64,000 nucleotides of DNA, from contig OZ252299.1 in assembly GCA_965250285.1 (NCBI GenBank), positions 352,001-416,000 of the forward strand, in the 5' to 3' direction. Positions 42,115 to 51,364 of the stretch are shown here, piece by piece. Below the pieces are notes generated by a model. That model did no database searches. It worked only from the letters and a program-made list of their open reading frames with translations, and was not told the origin of the DNA. The position numbers and the translations under genes are program-made. Numbering within the stretch: the first letter of the stretch is position 1; each line of letters opens with the position of its first letter. The stretch is from Myxococcota bacterium. GTDB lineage: Bacteria > Myxococcota_A > UBA9160 > UBA4427.

Positions 42115-43794
42115 TTGGTGACCCCGGGCACGAAGTCGGCCGCCGTCGAGACGTGGCGCGTGCGGGCCCTGCCGCTCGCGCTCGACGAGGACGAGCGCGT
42201 GCTGCTCGGGCGCGCGTGCGACGAGATCGGCGTCGACCCCGGCGACGTGCTCGCCCTCCGGCTCGCGCGCAAGTCGGTCGACGCGCGGAAGCAACGCGGT
42301 CAACGGCGCGTCCGTTTCGTCGTGCACGTCGATCTCGATCTCGAAGCCGGTCTCGAAGCGCGCGGGGGCGAGGTGTTCGAGCGCGCTCGACGCGGCGGGC
42401 GCGTCGCGCTGCAGCACGCGGCCCAGGGCTTCGAGGTCGAAGGCGCCGAGCGCCCGCCGGGTGGCGCGCGCGTCGTCGTCGTGGGCTCGGGGCCGGCCGG
42501 GCTCTTCGCCGCGCTCGCGCTCGCGCGCAACGGGGTGCCGGTCGACGTGCTCGATCGCGGGCCCGATCTGCGCGCGCGCGGCCGGGCCGTCGCGCGCTTC
42601 GTCCGCTCGCGCGAGCCCGACCCCGAGGCCAACCTGCTCTTTGGCTGCGGCGGCGCGGGCACCTACAGCGATGGCAAGCTCTACACGCGGGTCGATCACC
42701 CGATCGAGGGCGCGATCATCGAAGAGCTCGTGGCGTGCGGCGCGCCGCCCGAGATCGCCTGGGACGCGCGCGCCCACATCGGCACCGACCAGCTGCACCG
42801 GGTTCTGCCGAAGCTCATCGCACGCCTCGAAGGGCTCGGTGTGCGCCTTCATTGGGGTGTGCGCGTCGAGGGGCTCGTGAGCGAGGACGGGCCCGCGCGC
42901 GCGGTGCGGGCGCTGCGCACGAGCGAAGGCGATTGGCCGTGCGCCGGCGTGCTGCTCGCCCTCGGCCATAGCGCCCGCGACTCGTTCGAGGTGCTGCGGC
43001 GCGATGGCCTCGTGTTCGCATCGAAGCCCTTCCAGCTCGGGGTGCGCATCGAGCACCCGCAAGCCTTGATCGATCGGGGTCGCTACGGCCCGCCCGAGAT
43101 CGTCGAGCAGCTGGGCCATGCCTACTACGCGCTGTCGGCGCGCGCGAGTGAAGGCATCGCCGGCGCGCACAGCTTCTGCATGTGTCCGGGGGGGCAAATC
43201 GTCGGCACCGTGAACGTGCCCGGCCTGCTCTGCACGAACGGCATGAGCAACTCGCGACACTCGTCGCCCTGGGCGAACGCCGGGCTCGTCACGACGCTGG
43301 GCCCGGCCGAGTTCGGTCCCGAGCCGTTCGACGGCTTGAAGCTGCAGGCCGAGCTCGAAGCCCGCTTCTTCGAGGCGGGCGGCGGCGACTACACCGCGCC
43401 GGCGCAGCGCGCCGATGACTTCATCGCGGGGCGCGAGAGTCGCGGCGAGCTCGCTTCGAGCTACAAGCTCGGCACGTGCGCCCGGCGCGTCGATGCGCTG
43501 CTGCCGGAGCGCGTGCGGGATGCCCTGCGCCACGCGCTCGGACGCTTCGATCACGCGATCCCCGGCTTCGGCGGGCCCGACGGTCTGCTCGTCGGCATCG
43601 AGTCGCGCAGCTCGGCGCCGATTCGCATGCCGCGAGATCCGGTGACGCGACGCGCTGCGGGCTTTGCCAACGTCTTTCCGGTCGGGGAGGGCGCTGGCTA
43701 CGCCGGCGGCATCATGAGCGCGGCGATCGACGGCGCCCGCTCGGCCCGGGCGCTGCTGGGCGTGTACGAACCACCTCGGCGAGGCGACGGTTGA
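42115..43794 (+). CDS. Uncharacterised FAD-dependent oxidoreductase (COG2509-like)
   Basis: VVVVGSGPAGLFAA, GGAGTYSDGKL, HIGTD, LGHSARD, GVRIEHPQ, SFCMCPGG, GEGAGYAGGIMSAAIDG. Confidence 0.88.
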   Translation: MVTPGTKSAAVETWRVRALPLALDEDERVLLGRACDEIGVDPGDVLALRLARKSVDARKQRGQRRVRFVVHVDLDLEAGLEARGGEVFERARRGGRVALQHAAQGFEVEGAERPPGGARVVVVGSGPAGLFAALALARNGVPVDVLDRGPDLRARGRAVARFVRSREPDPEANLLFGCGGAGTYSDGKLYTRVDHPIEGAIIEELVACGAPPEIAWDARAHIGTDQLHRVLPKLIARLEGLGVRLHWGVRVEGLVSEDGPARAVRALRTSEGDWPCAGVLLALGHSARDSFEVLRRDGLVFASKPFQLGVRIEHPQALIDRGRYGPPEIVEQLGHAYYALSARASEGIAGAHSFCMCPGGQIVGTVNVPGLLCTNGMSNSRHSSPWANAGLVTTLGPAEFGPEPFDGLKLQAELEARFFEAGGGDYTAPAQRADDFIAGRESRGELASSYKLGTCARRVDALLPERVRDALRHALGRFDHAIPGFGGPDGLLVGIESRSSAPIRMPRDPVTRRAAGFANVFPVGEGAGYAGGIMSAAIDGARSARALLGVYEPPRRGDG

Positions 43795-43812
43795 CGTGGC
43801 GTCACGCGTCGA

Positions 43813-44898
43813 TCAGCGGGGCGGGACGCCCTTGCCAAAGACGTTGATCCCGCGATTGAACGGCGCCTGCCGCTCGGGGTCGTAGCCCGAGGCCTCGGGC
43901 GGCGGTTCGCCCCAGATCGGGTGGGCGTGCGCTTCGGGCAGGTGCTTCGCGAGGCGCGACTGCGTGTGGTCGTCGAGCGCCTGCCACTCGCGCCGGAGCT
44001 CTTCGAGACACCACACGCGGTAGCGTGAGCTCGGCACGTCGACGTAGCGCTGCCCCTGGATCTTCATCGCGTAGCGCGTCTGCCCCTCGGCCCAGGCCAC
44101 GGCGTTCTGGCGCAGCTGCTCGACGTGGGTCTCGCACGCCTCGCGCAGCAGGTCGGCGAGGGGGGCGTCGACGTCGTCGATCAGGGTCGCGGGGGCGCCC
44201 GTCGGCCGCGCATTCCAGACGCGGGCCGTCCACTCGAACACGCCCGAGGCCTGCTGGCGCATGATCTCGGCGGGGGTCGGATCCTGGGCGAAGTGGCGGA
44301 ACATCGGCGCCATCAGGCCGAAGTCGGCGATCGTCGGCGCGTCGCCCAGCACGTAGGGGCGAGTGGCGAAGATGCGCTCGAGGCAGTCGAGCGCCGTGAA
44401 GTAGCCTCGCTCGACGTGATCCCACGTATCGGCGGTGACGCCATCGCCGCGAACGAACCCGTTCAGCTGCCGACGCCAGATGCGCCCCCGCCGCAGAAAC
44501 CGGGGCGCCTTCACGTGGGCCCCCTGTTCGTCTGCCAGTGAGCCGCCCAGGTGCTGGCGATCGATGAGATAGCTCCAGCGGTAGTGCATGGCGGGGCGCC
44601 AGAGCCACTCGTCGGCATAGTCTTCGACGAGCAGCGCGATGAATCGAAGGCCCGGATCGCCCGGGTAGATCGATGGCGCGCTCTGTTGCGCATCGAGCCA
44701 GGCGAGCATCGGGCTCGAGTCGGTCATCCAGCGGCCGTCGTCGAGTCGGGCGACGGGCATCTGCGTGGTGCCCGCACCGTCGAGCACCTCGCGGACGTGG
44801 GCATACGTGGGAAGCAGCTCGTAGTCGATGCTGCGGTAGCGCAGATACGCTTCGAGCTTGCCCGTGTAGTACGAATGCTTGCTGCCGTAGACCTTCAT
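43813..44898 (-). CDS. Glutathione S-transferase-like protein (long form)
   Basis: SYYTGKLEAYLRY, QMPV...TDSSP, EDYADEWLWRPAMHYRW, YVLGDAPTIADFG. Confidence 0.82.
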   Translation of the reverse strand: MKVYGSKHSYYTGKLEAYLRYRSIDYELLPTYAHVREVLDGAGTTQMPVARLDDGRWMTDSSPMLAWLDAQQSAPSIYPGDPGLRFIALLVEDYADEWLWRPAMHYRWSYLIDRQHLGGSLADEQGAHVKAPRFLRRGRIWRRQLNGFVRGDGVTADTWDHVERGYFTALDCLERIFATRPYVLGDAPTIADFGLMAPMFRHFAQDPTPAEIMRQQASGVFEWTARVWNARPTGAPATLIDDVDAPLADLLREACETHVEQLRQNAVAWAEGQTRYAMKIQGQRYVDVPSSRYRVWCLEELRREWQALDDHTQSRLAKHLPEAHAHPIWGEPPPEASGYDPERQAPFNRGINVFGKGVPPR

Positions 44899-44953
44899 GC
44901 ATGGACCTTCATGGTCGCCGTCCGCCGTCATGAGTGCGGCGAGCGTCGCCGCG

Positions 44954-45979
44954 TCAATCCTCGATGCTGCCCCAGGCGTTGCCATTTCGCTTGCGCCACC
45001 CGGCCAGCGGCTCGGGCAGATAGCCCGTCGCGGCGTGGCGGTCGATCACCGAACGATGCACGAGCGCGCCCTTGGGCATGCGCCGGGGGCGCTGGCGCCC
45101 CCGCAGCCGCCACATGAGGCTCCACGACTCGCTCAGCTCGACGCGCTCGAGGCCGTCGAGGGCGCCGTGCACATGCTTCTCGAAGCGCAGGCCGGTGGTG
45201 TCGGCCTCGCGGACCATCCACCCGAGCGGGATGTCGCTCGCGCGATTTCGCTTCTGGCCCTCGACGCCCCCGCCCACGTCGCTGTGGACCCCGGCGAACC
45301 AGACCTGCTTGAGGTCGGCGGCCGACTTCTTCTTCCAGAGGGTCGGCGCGAAATCCTTGCGCAGCTCGTCGATCGCGACGGCGTGCCGCGCGACGTCGAC
45401 GCTCGAGCCGAGCTCTTCGTCGTAGAAGAGATCGGCCTCGTCGACGAACGCGAGCACCCGGGTGGGGATGCCGAGCGCGCCGACCGTATCCCAGACGCCG
45501 AGGAACCGGACGGGGCCCCGCTCGGCCTCGACGCAGTGCCGCTTGCGCCAGTCGGATGCCGCGTCGTCCGAAGGCTTGATGTCGCTCTGCTTGTAGAAGT
45601 CGAAGGCCTTCGGGATGTGCTGGGCGCGGCTTCGCTTCAGGATGCCGCACTTGTTCAGCATGCCGGCGAGCGCACGTGCCGTGTAGGCACCGCGGCTGAA
45701 GCCGAACAGGAAGATCTCGTCGCCGGGATCATAATTCTGAACGATGAACCGGTAGCCATCCTGGATGTTCTTCATGATGCCCAGGCCCGACACGCCGGCG
45801 CGCGTCTTCGAGTACGTCGTGCCGACCCCCCAGTCGTAGAACACGACCTGCTGCACGCCGTGCTCGTCTTCGGGCTGGATCGATCGCGCGACCCGCACGA
45901 CGTTCGTGGGGTTCTCGGCCTCGGGGTCGTTCCACGTGCCGTCGGAACAAATGACGATGCGTTTCTTCGCGGTGGGCAT
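44954..45979 (-). CDS. DUF2235 alpha/beta hydrolase (Tle1-like phospholipase family)
   Basis: RIVICSDGTWN, TNV, YDWGVGT, LFGFSRGAYTAR, GVWDTVGALG, HAVAIDE, QVWFAGVHSDVGGG. Confidence 0.9.
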   Translation of the reverse strand: MPTAKKRIVICSDGTWNDPEAENPTNVVRVARSIQPEDEHGVQQVVFYDWGVGTTYSKTRAGVSGLGIMKNIQDGYRFIVQNYDPGDEIFLFGFSRGAYTARALAGMLNKCGILKRSRAQHIPKAFDFYKQSDIKPSDDAASDWRKRHCVEAERGPVRFLGVWDTVGALGIPTRVLAFVDEADLFYDEELGSSVDVARHAVAIDELRKDFAPTLWKKKSAADLKQVWFAGVHSDVGGGVEGQKRNRASDIPLGWMVREADTTGLRFEKHVHGALDGLERVELSESWSLMWRLRGRQRPRRMPKGALVHRSVIDRHAATGYLPEPLAGWRKRNGNAWGSIED

Positions 45980-46075
45980 GGGCGTCCTCCGATGGGGGAG
46001 CCTTGATGCTAGTGCGCGGGCACAGTGTCGTCCGTGCGATCTTCGTGGCGCGTGCGTGCAGGTTGGAGCCGGGGA

Positions 46076-46489
46076 TCAGCCGAGCTCGACCAACGCCGTC
46101 CCCATCACCCGCGTCTCGCCCGCCTCGTTCACGATCGTCATGTCGATCTCGGCGACGCGTTCGTCGTCGCGCAGGTCGGTGACGACGCCGCGGCAGCGGG
46201 GCTCGCTGTCGACGATCAATGGCGCACGGAAGATCGTGTCGAGCTTGATGATCTTCGCGTTCGGAGCCCAGGCGTGGATCTGGGCGGCCATGATGCCCTG
46301 GCTCATGATGCCGGGCACGATCGCGCCGGGCAGGCCCGAGGCGCGCGCCTCTTCGTGATCGTTGAAGCGGCCGAACGTCATGTGCGTCGCCTCGGTGAAC
46401 TTGTGGATCGTCGGCATCGTCACGTCGGGCGTGAACTCTTCGAGCTCTTCGCCGAACTCGACGTCTTCGAATCGCTTGGTCTCGGCCAT
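46076..46489 (-). CDS. MaoC-like (R)-specific enoyl-CoA hydratase subunit
   Basis: FEDVEFGEEL, FNDHEEARASGLPGAIVPGIM hotdog pattern. Confidence 0.8.
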   Translation of the reverse strand: MAETKRFEDVEFGEELEEFTPDVTMPTIHKFTEATHMTFGRFNDHEEARASGLPGAIVPGIMSQGIMAAQIHAWAPNAKIIKLDTIFRAPLIVDSEPRCRGVVTDLRDDERVAEIDMTIVNEAGETRVMGTALVELG

Positions 46490-46502
46490 CTTTCCGTCTG
46501 CC

Positions 46503-46937
46503 CTACGCCTGATCCTTCTGGATGAGCTTCCAGTCGACGATCGACACGAGCTCGCCCGACGCGTTGAAGAACTCCATGCGGTGCACGACGAACATCATGC
46601 CGCCCGAACGACCGGTCTTCTCGAAGATGTCATGAATGTGCGACTTGGCGACGAGCTCTTCGCCGGCGCGGATCGGGGCCTTCGGCTCGACGCACTTGCC
46701 ACCGTCGAAGCTCCGCATCATCTCCATCGGGAAGTCTTCGGGCAGCTGCTTGCGGCCGTGATACCGCGTCGTGTAGTTCGGCACGGCCTGAAAGTCGGGG
46801 TGAGTCGGATCGACGAACCGGGGATCGGTCTCGCCGCAGGCCTCGGCGAATGCCTGCATCTGCCCGGCCTCGGTGGTGAATCGGCTCTCGTCGAACTCGT
46901 GGCCGACGTACTGCTTCTTGAGCGCGGCGACGTCCAT
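46503..46937 (-). CDS. MaoC-dehydratase N-terminal-type (HadA/FAS1-like) hotdog protein
   Basis: FAEACGETDPRF, PIRAGEEL, EKTGRSGGMMFVV...NASGELV. Confidence 0.82.
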   Translation of the reverse strand: MDVAALKKQYVGHEFDESRFTTEAGQMQAFAEACGETDPRFVDPTHPDFQAVPNYTTRYHGRKQLPEDFPMEMMRSFDGGKCVEPKAPIRAGEELVAKSHIHDIFEKTGRSGGMMFVVHRMEFFNASGELVSIVDWKLIQKDQA

Positions 46938-46967
46938 CGGGGGCTCCTGCTGAATCGGTGGCCGAAG

Positions 46968-47606
46968 CTAGCTCGCCGGCAGCTCGGGTGTCACGGCTTC
47001 GAAGTCGCCGCTCTCGAGCGCCGCGAGCAGGCCCGCCATGTCGCCGATCTCCGTCTCGAAACGGGTCGCGCAGCGCCCGACGTGGCTCACGATGTGCGCA
47101 TCGCTCCCGCCGATGCCGCCATAGCCGTACTGCTCGGCCACCGCGGCGGCCATGTCGTTCTCGTTGCCGCGGCTGCCGCCGTTCAGCGTCTCGACGATGC
47201 GCACGCCCTCGACGGGCCCGCGCGCCTCGTAGTGGGCGCAGAGGCCGACCTTGGTGCGGCCCGGGTGACACGGCACCGCGATGCCGCCGCAGCGGGCCGT
47301 CTCGCGCACCACGGTCTCGCACGAGAGGCCGATCTGGCCGAAGTCGTAGGCGGCGCGCATGTCGTCGTTGACGCCGAAGACGAGCACGTGGCCGTAGTCG
47401 GTCTCGACTTCGCTCGCCTTGAGGATCAGCAGACCGAACTCGTCCTCGAGCGGGCGGTAGTCGCTCTCGTCGTCGAAGAGCCGGTGCTCGCTCAGCACGA
47501 ACCCGTCGATCGGGATCTGCTTCTTGCGGATCCACTGGCAGTAGTTCTCGACCTTGGCGCGACCGTCGTCCGACACGATCGAGTGGTTGTGCAGGTCGAG
47601 GATCAT
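46968..47606 (-). CDS. PHP-family metal-dependent phosphoesterase
   Basis: DLHNHS..SDDG, SEH, GHVLVFG, PCHPGR, ETLNG, GGSDAH; ATG overlaps DUF35 stop (ATGA). Confidence 0.85.
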   Translation of the reverse strand: MILDLHNHSIVSDDGRAKVENYCQWIRKKQIPIDGFVLSEHRLFDDESDYRPLEDEFGLLILKASEVETDYGHVLVFGVNDDMRAAYDFGQIGLSCETVVRETARCGGIAVPCHPGRTKVGLCAHYEARGPVEGVRIVETLNGGSRGNENDMAAAVAEQYGYGGIGGSDAHIVSHVGRCATRFETEIGDMAGLLAALESGDFEAVTPELPAS

Positions 47607-48013
47607 GCGGGCACGAATCTCGGCACGCCGAGCCCCTCGTCCGTCTTCACGAAGTCGACCTTCACCGCCATGCCGATCGAGACGTCTTCTGGGGCGCAGC
47701 CGACGACGTTGGTCAGCAGTCGCGGCCCCTCTTCGAGGTCGACATACGCGAACACGTAGGGCACCGCCTTCACGAACGCGGGCAACTGGTTCTGGTGCGT
47801 GACGGTGAACGTGTGCACTGTGCCGCGGCCGCTCGCGACGAAATGCTCGATCGAGTCGCCGAGGCAGCTGACGCAAACGGCGCGCGGGCGATGCTGCACC
47901 ACGCCGCAATCGCTGCAGCGCTGTAGCACGAGCTCGCCGCGCCCCGCGCCCTCCCAGTAGCCGCGGGTCTCCCAGTCGCAGTAGGGCGTCTTGTACTGGA
48001 TCTCTTCGGCCAT
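47603..48013 (-). CDS. DUF35 Zn-ribbon/OB-fold protein
   Basis: YWEG...LVLQRCSDC...PRAVCVSC...SGRGTVHTFT...LEEGPR...IGMAV. Confidence 0.92.
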   Translation of the reverse strand: MAEEIQYKTPYCDWETRGYWEGAGRGELVLQRCSDCGVVQHRPRAVCVSCLGDSIEHFVASGRGTVHTFTVTHQNQLPAFVKAVPYVFAYVDLEEGPRLLTNVVGCAPEDVSIGMAVKVDFVKTDEGLGVPRFVPA

Positions 48014-48028
48014 CGTCGCCTCTTTCGC

Positions 48029-49189
48029 TCAGTCGCGCGTCAACAGCAGGGTGGCGCCGCTGTGCGAGACGCCGAGCGTGCCGCCCGTGCCGTGCGCGAG
48101 CGCGACCTCGGCGCCTTCGACCTGTCGATCGCCGAGCCCGCCGCGCAGCTGGCGCGTTGCTTCGATCACGAGAAAGATGCCGCGCATGCCCGGATGATTC
48201 GAGCTCAGGCCACCGCCATCGGGGTTGACGGGCAGCGCGCCCCCGAGCCCGATGCGGCCGCCTTCGACGAAGGGGCCGCCTTCGCCCAGCTCGCAGAAGC
48301 CCAGGTTCTCGAGCGACGAGAGCACCGTGATCGTGAACGAGTCGTAGATCGTGCAGAGGTCGACGTCGGCGGGCGTCATCCCCGCCATCTCGAATGCCCG
48401 TCGCCCCGAGTCACCCGATGCGACGCGCAGCAGGTCGGGCGCGCCGATCTCTTGATGCCAGACCGCCTCGCCGCAGCCGCGAACCACGACCGGCGGCTGG
48501 CGCAGGTCGCGCGCGCGCTCGGCGCTCGTCACGACCACCGCGCCGCCGCCATCGCTGATGATGCAGCAGTCGAGCAGGTGGAGTGGCTCGCTGATCATGC
48601 GGCTCTCGAGCACGTCGGCGTGGCTGATTGGCTTGCGCATCTTGGCGTCGGGGTTGAGCGACGCATGACGCCGGATCTGCACCGCGATTTCGGCGAGCTG
48701 CTCCGAGGTCGTGCCGTAGAGGTGCATGTGGCGCTGCGCCACGAGCGCGTAGCTGCCGACCGTCGTCATGCCGTAGGGCGAGACGAAGGCGCCCGCGGCG
48801 CTGCGCCCTCCGCCGCCCATGCCGGTGCCGATCGCCATGGCGTTGCTCGCTGCCGTGCTTCCGTAGAGGATGAGCGCGACGTCGCACAGCCCGGCGTGGA
48901 TCGCAGCGGCCGCATGGGTCACGTGCGCGACGAACGACGAGCCGCCGATGTTCGTATCGTCGAGGTAGCGGGGCTTCAGGTTCAGGTACTCGGCGAGGTT
49001 GACCACCGCCATTGGTCCGGCCGAGATCCCCGCCGTGAAGAGCCCGTCGACGTCGTCGAGCGAGAGCCCCGCGTCTTCGAGCGCGCCCCGCGCGCACTCG
49101 GCCATGATCTGCTCTTCGCTCTTGTCGGGCGCCCAGCGCGTCGGATGCTCGTAGACGCCGGCGATGGCGCAGTGACCGGAGAGACTCAC
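48029..49189 (-). CDS. SCP2/Ltp-type thiolase-like protein (no nucleophilic Cys)
   Basis: AIAGV, DTNIGGSS, LLDCCIISDGGGA, IYDSFT, PVNPDGGGLSSNHPG, EATRQLRG. Confidence 0.88.
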   Translation of the reverse strand: MSLSGHCAIAGVYEHPTRWAPDKSEEQIMAECARGALEDAGLSLDDVDGLFTAGISAGPMAVVNLAEYLNLKPRYLDDTNIGGSSFVAHVTHAAAAIHAGLCDVALILYGSTAASNAMAIGTGMGGGGRSAAGAFVSPYGMTTVGSYALVAQRHMHLYGTTSEQLAEIAVQIRRHASLNPDAKMRKPISHADVLESRMISEPLHLLDCCIISDGGGAVVVTSAERARDLRQPPVVVRGCGEAVWHQEIGAPDLLRVASGDSGRRAFEMAGMTPADVDLCTIYDSFTITVLSSLENLGFCELGEGGPFVEGGRIGLGGALPVNPDGGGLSSNHPGMRGIFLVIEATRQLRGGLGDRQVEGAEVALAHGTGGTLGVSHSGATLLLTRD

Positions 49190-50001
49190 CGGACCTCCTC
49201 CGTGAACGACCGCAGCAGGCTCGCCACGGCGGCCGAGGCCTCCACCGGCAGCGCATGACCCGCGCCTTCAATCACCTCGAGGCGGGCGGTGGGCGTCGCA
49301 CTGGCCAGGGCGTCGGCGGCCGCGCGCACGGGGGCTCGTTCATGCTCGCCGACGACGACCAGCAGAGGGACGGTGAGCCCGGTTGCTCGTGCACCTTCGT
49401 CGAAGCCGCGGCAGGCCGTCATGTCGCCGAACGTGGCGCGCGGGTCGGTCTTCATCCCCTCCATGAAGTAGGGGCGCATGATGTCCTGGGGCGTGCCCTC
49501 GGCGAACACGCTCACGTCGAAGGGGCGCCGCGCCTTGCCCTCGGTCACGCGCTGCATCAGCGCGTAGGCGTCGTCGTCGACCGGCAGCGTCGCTCCGCAC
49601 CCGATCACGACGACCCCCGCCACCGTGTCCGGCGCATCGAGCGCGACCCGCAGCGCCGCGGCGCCGCCAAGGCCGTGACCGGCGAGCACCGGTCGGTCGA
49701 GCTCGAGCCGGCCGATCGTCGCCCGCACCAGTGCGGCGAGCCGGCCGACATCGCCGAGCGAGTCGAGCTCGCCGGAACGTCCGTGGCCGGGCTGGTCGAA
49801 CGTGATCAGATTGGGTGCGTTGGCCACCTCGGCGAATGCCTCGCGCACGTGCGAGAAATCCCACCCGTGGCGGCCGGCATCGTGGAGCGCGAGCACGGCG
49901 CCGGCGCCGTCCACCTGGGGTGGACGGCCCGGCAGTGTGGTCGGTCCGTCGTGCACGACGTAGAGCGCCGTGTCGTCGACGTGCAGGTACTTTGCGGGCA
50001 A
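49186..50001 (-). CDS. alpha/beta-hydrolase-fold protein, nucleophile Ser replaced by Gly
   Basis: FDQPGHGRS, LAGHGLGG, VPLLVVVGEHE, IEGAGHALPVE; TTG start inferred. Confidence 0.78.
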   Translation of the reverse strand: MPAKYLHVDDTALYVVHDGPTTLPGRPPQVDGAGAVLALHDAGRHGWDFSHVREAFAEVANAPNLITFDQPGHGRSGELDSLGDVGRLAALVRATIGRLELDRPVLAGHGLGGAAALRVALDAPDTVAGVVVIGCGATLPVDDDAYALMQRVTEGKARRPFDVSVFAEGTPQDIMRPYFMEGMKTDPRATFGDMTACRGFDEGARATGLTVPLLVVVGEHERAPVRAAADALASATPTARLEVIEGAGHALPVEASAAVASLLRSFTEEVR

Positions 50002-50029
50002 AGCCTCGACCTCGCGGCTCGCCGCCGCT

Positions 50030-51277
50030 CTACTTGCTCGGCGGACCCGTCGGGATGTCCTTGAACGCAAGGCCCTTGTCGGCGCGCGCCTCGGGCGGCA
50101 GCCCGAGCACGCGCTCGGCGATGATGTTGCGCAGCACCTCGTCGGTGCCACCCGCGATGCGCAGGCCCGGGATGCCGAGATAGCGACCCTGCCACTCGGC
50201 CTCCTGCGGCGTGTACGCCTCGTCGAACGATGCGCTCGCCGCGCCCTGGAGCTCCATCGCGAAGGCGGCCATGTCCTGGCCGAGCACCGCGCCGACGAGC
50301 TTGCCGAGGCTGGCCTCGGGGCCGGGCGTCTTGCCCTGGCTGAGCGCCGAGAGCGTGCGATTGCCGGTGAGCTTCACGCCCTGACCGCGAATGTAGAAGT
50401 CGGCGAGCTTGTAGCGCACCGAGCGGTCTTCGATGGCGGGGCGACCGTCGAGGTCGGTCTCCTGCGCGAGGCGGAAGAGGTCGCGCATGCCGCCGGCGCC
50501 CGCGCTGCCGCCGATCGACGAGCGCTCGTTCATGAGCGTCGTGATCGACACGGCCCAGCCGTTGCCGACCTCGCTGATGCGCTGGCTGTCGGGGATGCGC
50601 ACGTCGGTGAAGAACACCTCGTTGAAGCCCTGACCCTTGTTGATCTGCGTGATCGGCCGCACCTCGACGCCCGGTGCGTGCATGTCGACCACGAAGAACG
50701 TGAGGCCCGAGTGCTTGGCCACGGTCGGGTCGGTGCGCACCACCAGAATGCCCCAGTCGCAGAAGTGGGCGCCGGTGGTCCAGATCTTCTGGCCGTTCAC
50801 GATCCAGTCGTCGCCGTCCTTCACGGCCGTGCTGCGCAGGCCGGCCAGATCCGAGCCGGCGCTCGGCTCACTGAAGAGCTGGCACCAGATCTCTTCACCC
50901 GAGATCATCTTCGGGATCCAGCGCTCTTTCTGCGCATCGGTGCCGTGCGTGAGGATGGTCGGTCCGCACATGCCCAGGCCGATGCCGAAGATGCCCGGCG
51001 GCGTGCGGAACTTCGCCTCCTCCTGGTTCCAGATCACGCTCTGCATCGAGTTGCCGCCGCGGCCGCCGAACTCCTTGGGCCAGGTGATGCACGTCCAGCC
51101 GTCGTCGGCCTTCTTCTTCTGCCAGGCCTGCGCTTCCTTCACCGTCTCGGGCGTGGTGCGCTCGCCCAGTGCGTCCGCGCCGGGGTCGCCGGGCTGACGC
51201 AGCTCGGCATTCGCCTCGAGCCAGCTGCGGCACTCGGCGCGGAAGGCGGCCTCTTCGGGGGTGTCGTTGAAATCCAT
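50030..51277 (-). CDS. Acyl-CoA dehydrogenase (alpha subunit of heteromeric pair)
   Basis: WCQLFSEPSAGSDLAGL, NGQKIWTT, FNEVFF, LMNER, IAGGTDEVLRNIIAERVLGLP. Confidence 0.93.
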   Translation of the reverse strand: MDFNDTPEEAAFRAECRSWLEANAELRQPGDPGADALGERTTPETVKEAQAWQKKKADDGWTCITWPKEFGGRGGNSMQSVIWNQEEAKFRTPPGIFGIGLGMCGPTILTHGTDAQKERWIPKMISGEEIWCQLFSEPSAGSDLAGLRSTAVKDGDDWIVNGQKIWTTGAHFCDWGILVVRTDPTVAKHSGLTFFVVDMHAPGVEVRPITQINKGQGFNEVFFTDVRIPDSQRISEVGNGWAVSITTLMNERSSIGGSAGAGGMRDLFRLAQETDLDGRPAIEDRSVRYKLADFYIRGQGVKLTGNRTLSALSQGKTPGPEASLGKLVGAVLGQDMAAFAMELQGAASASFDEAYTPQEAEWQGRYLGIPGLRIAGGTDEVLRNIIAERVLGLPPEARADKGLAFKDIPTGPPSK

Positions 51278-51364
51278 GGGGTGTTCCTCTCTGTCTCGCG
51301 GTGCGTCGCCGGCGCGGCCTGCGCGCTTCGGACGACGCCCTGGGTCGGTTTCGAAGCGGCGCGT

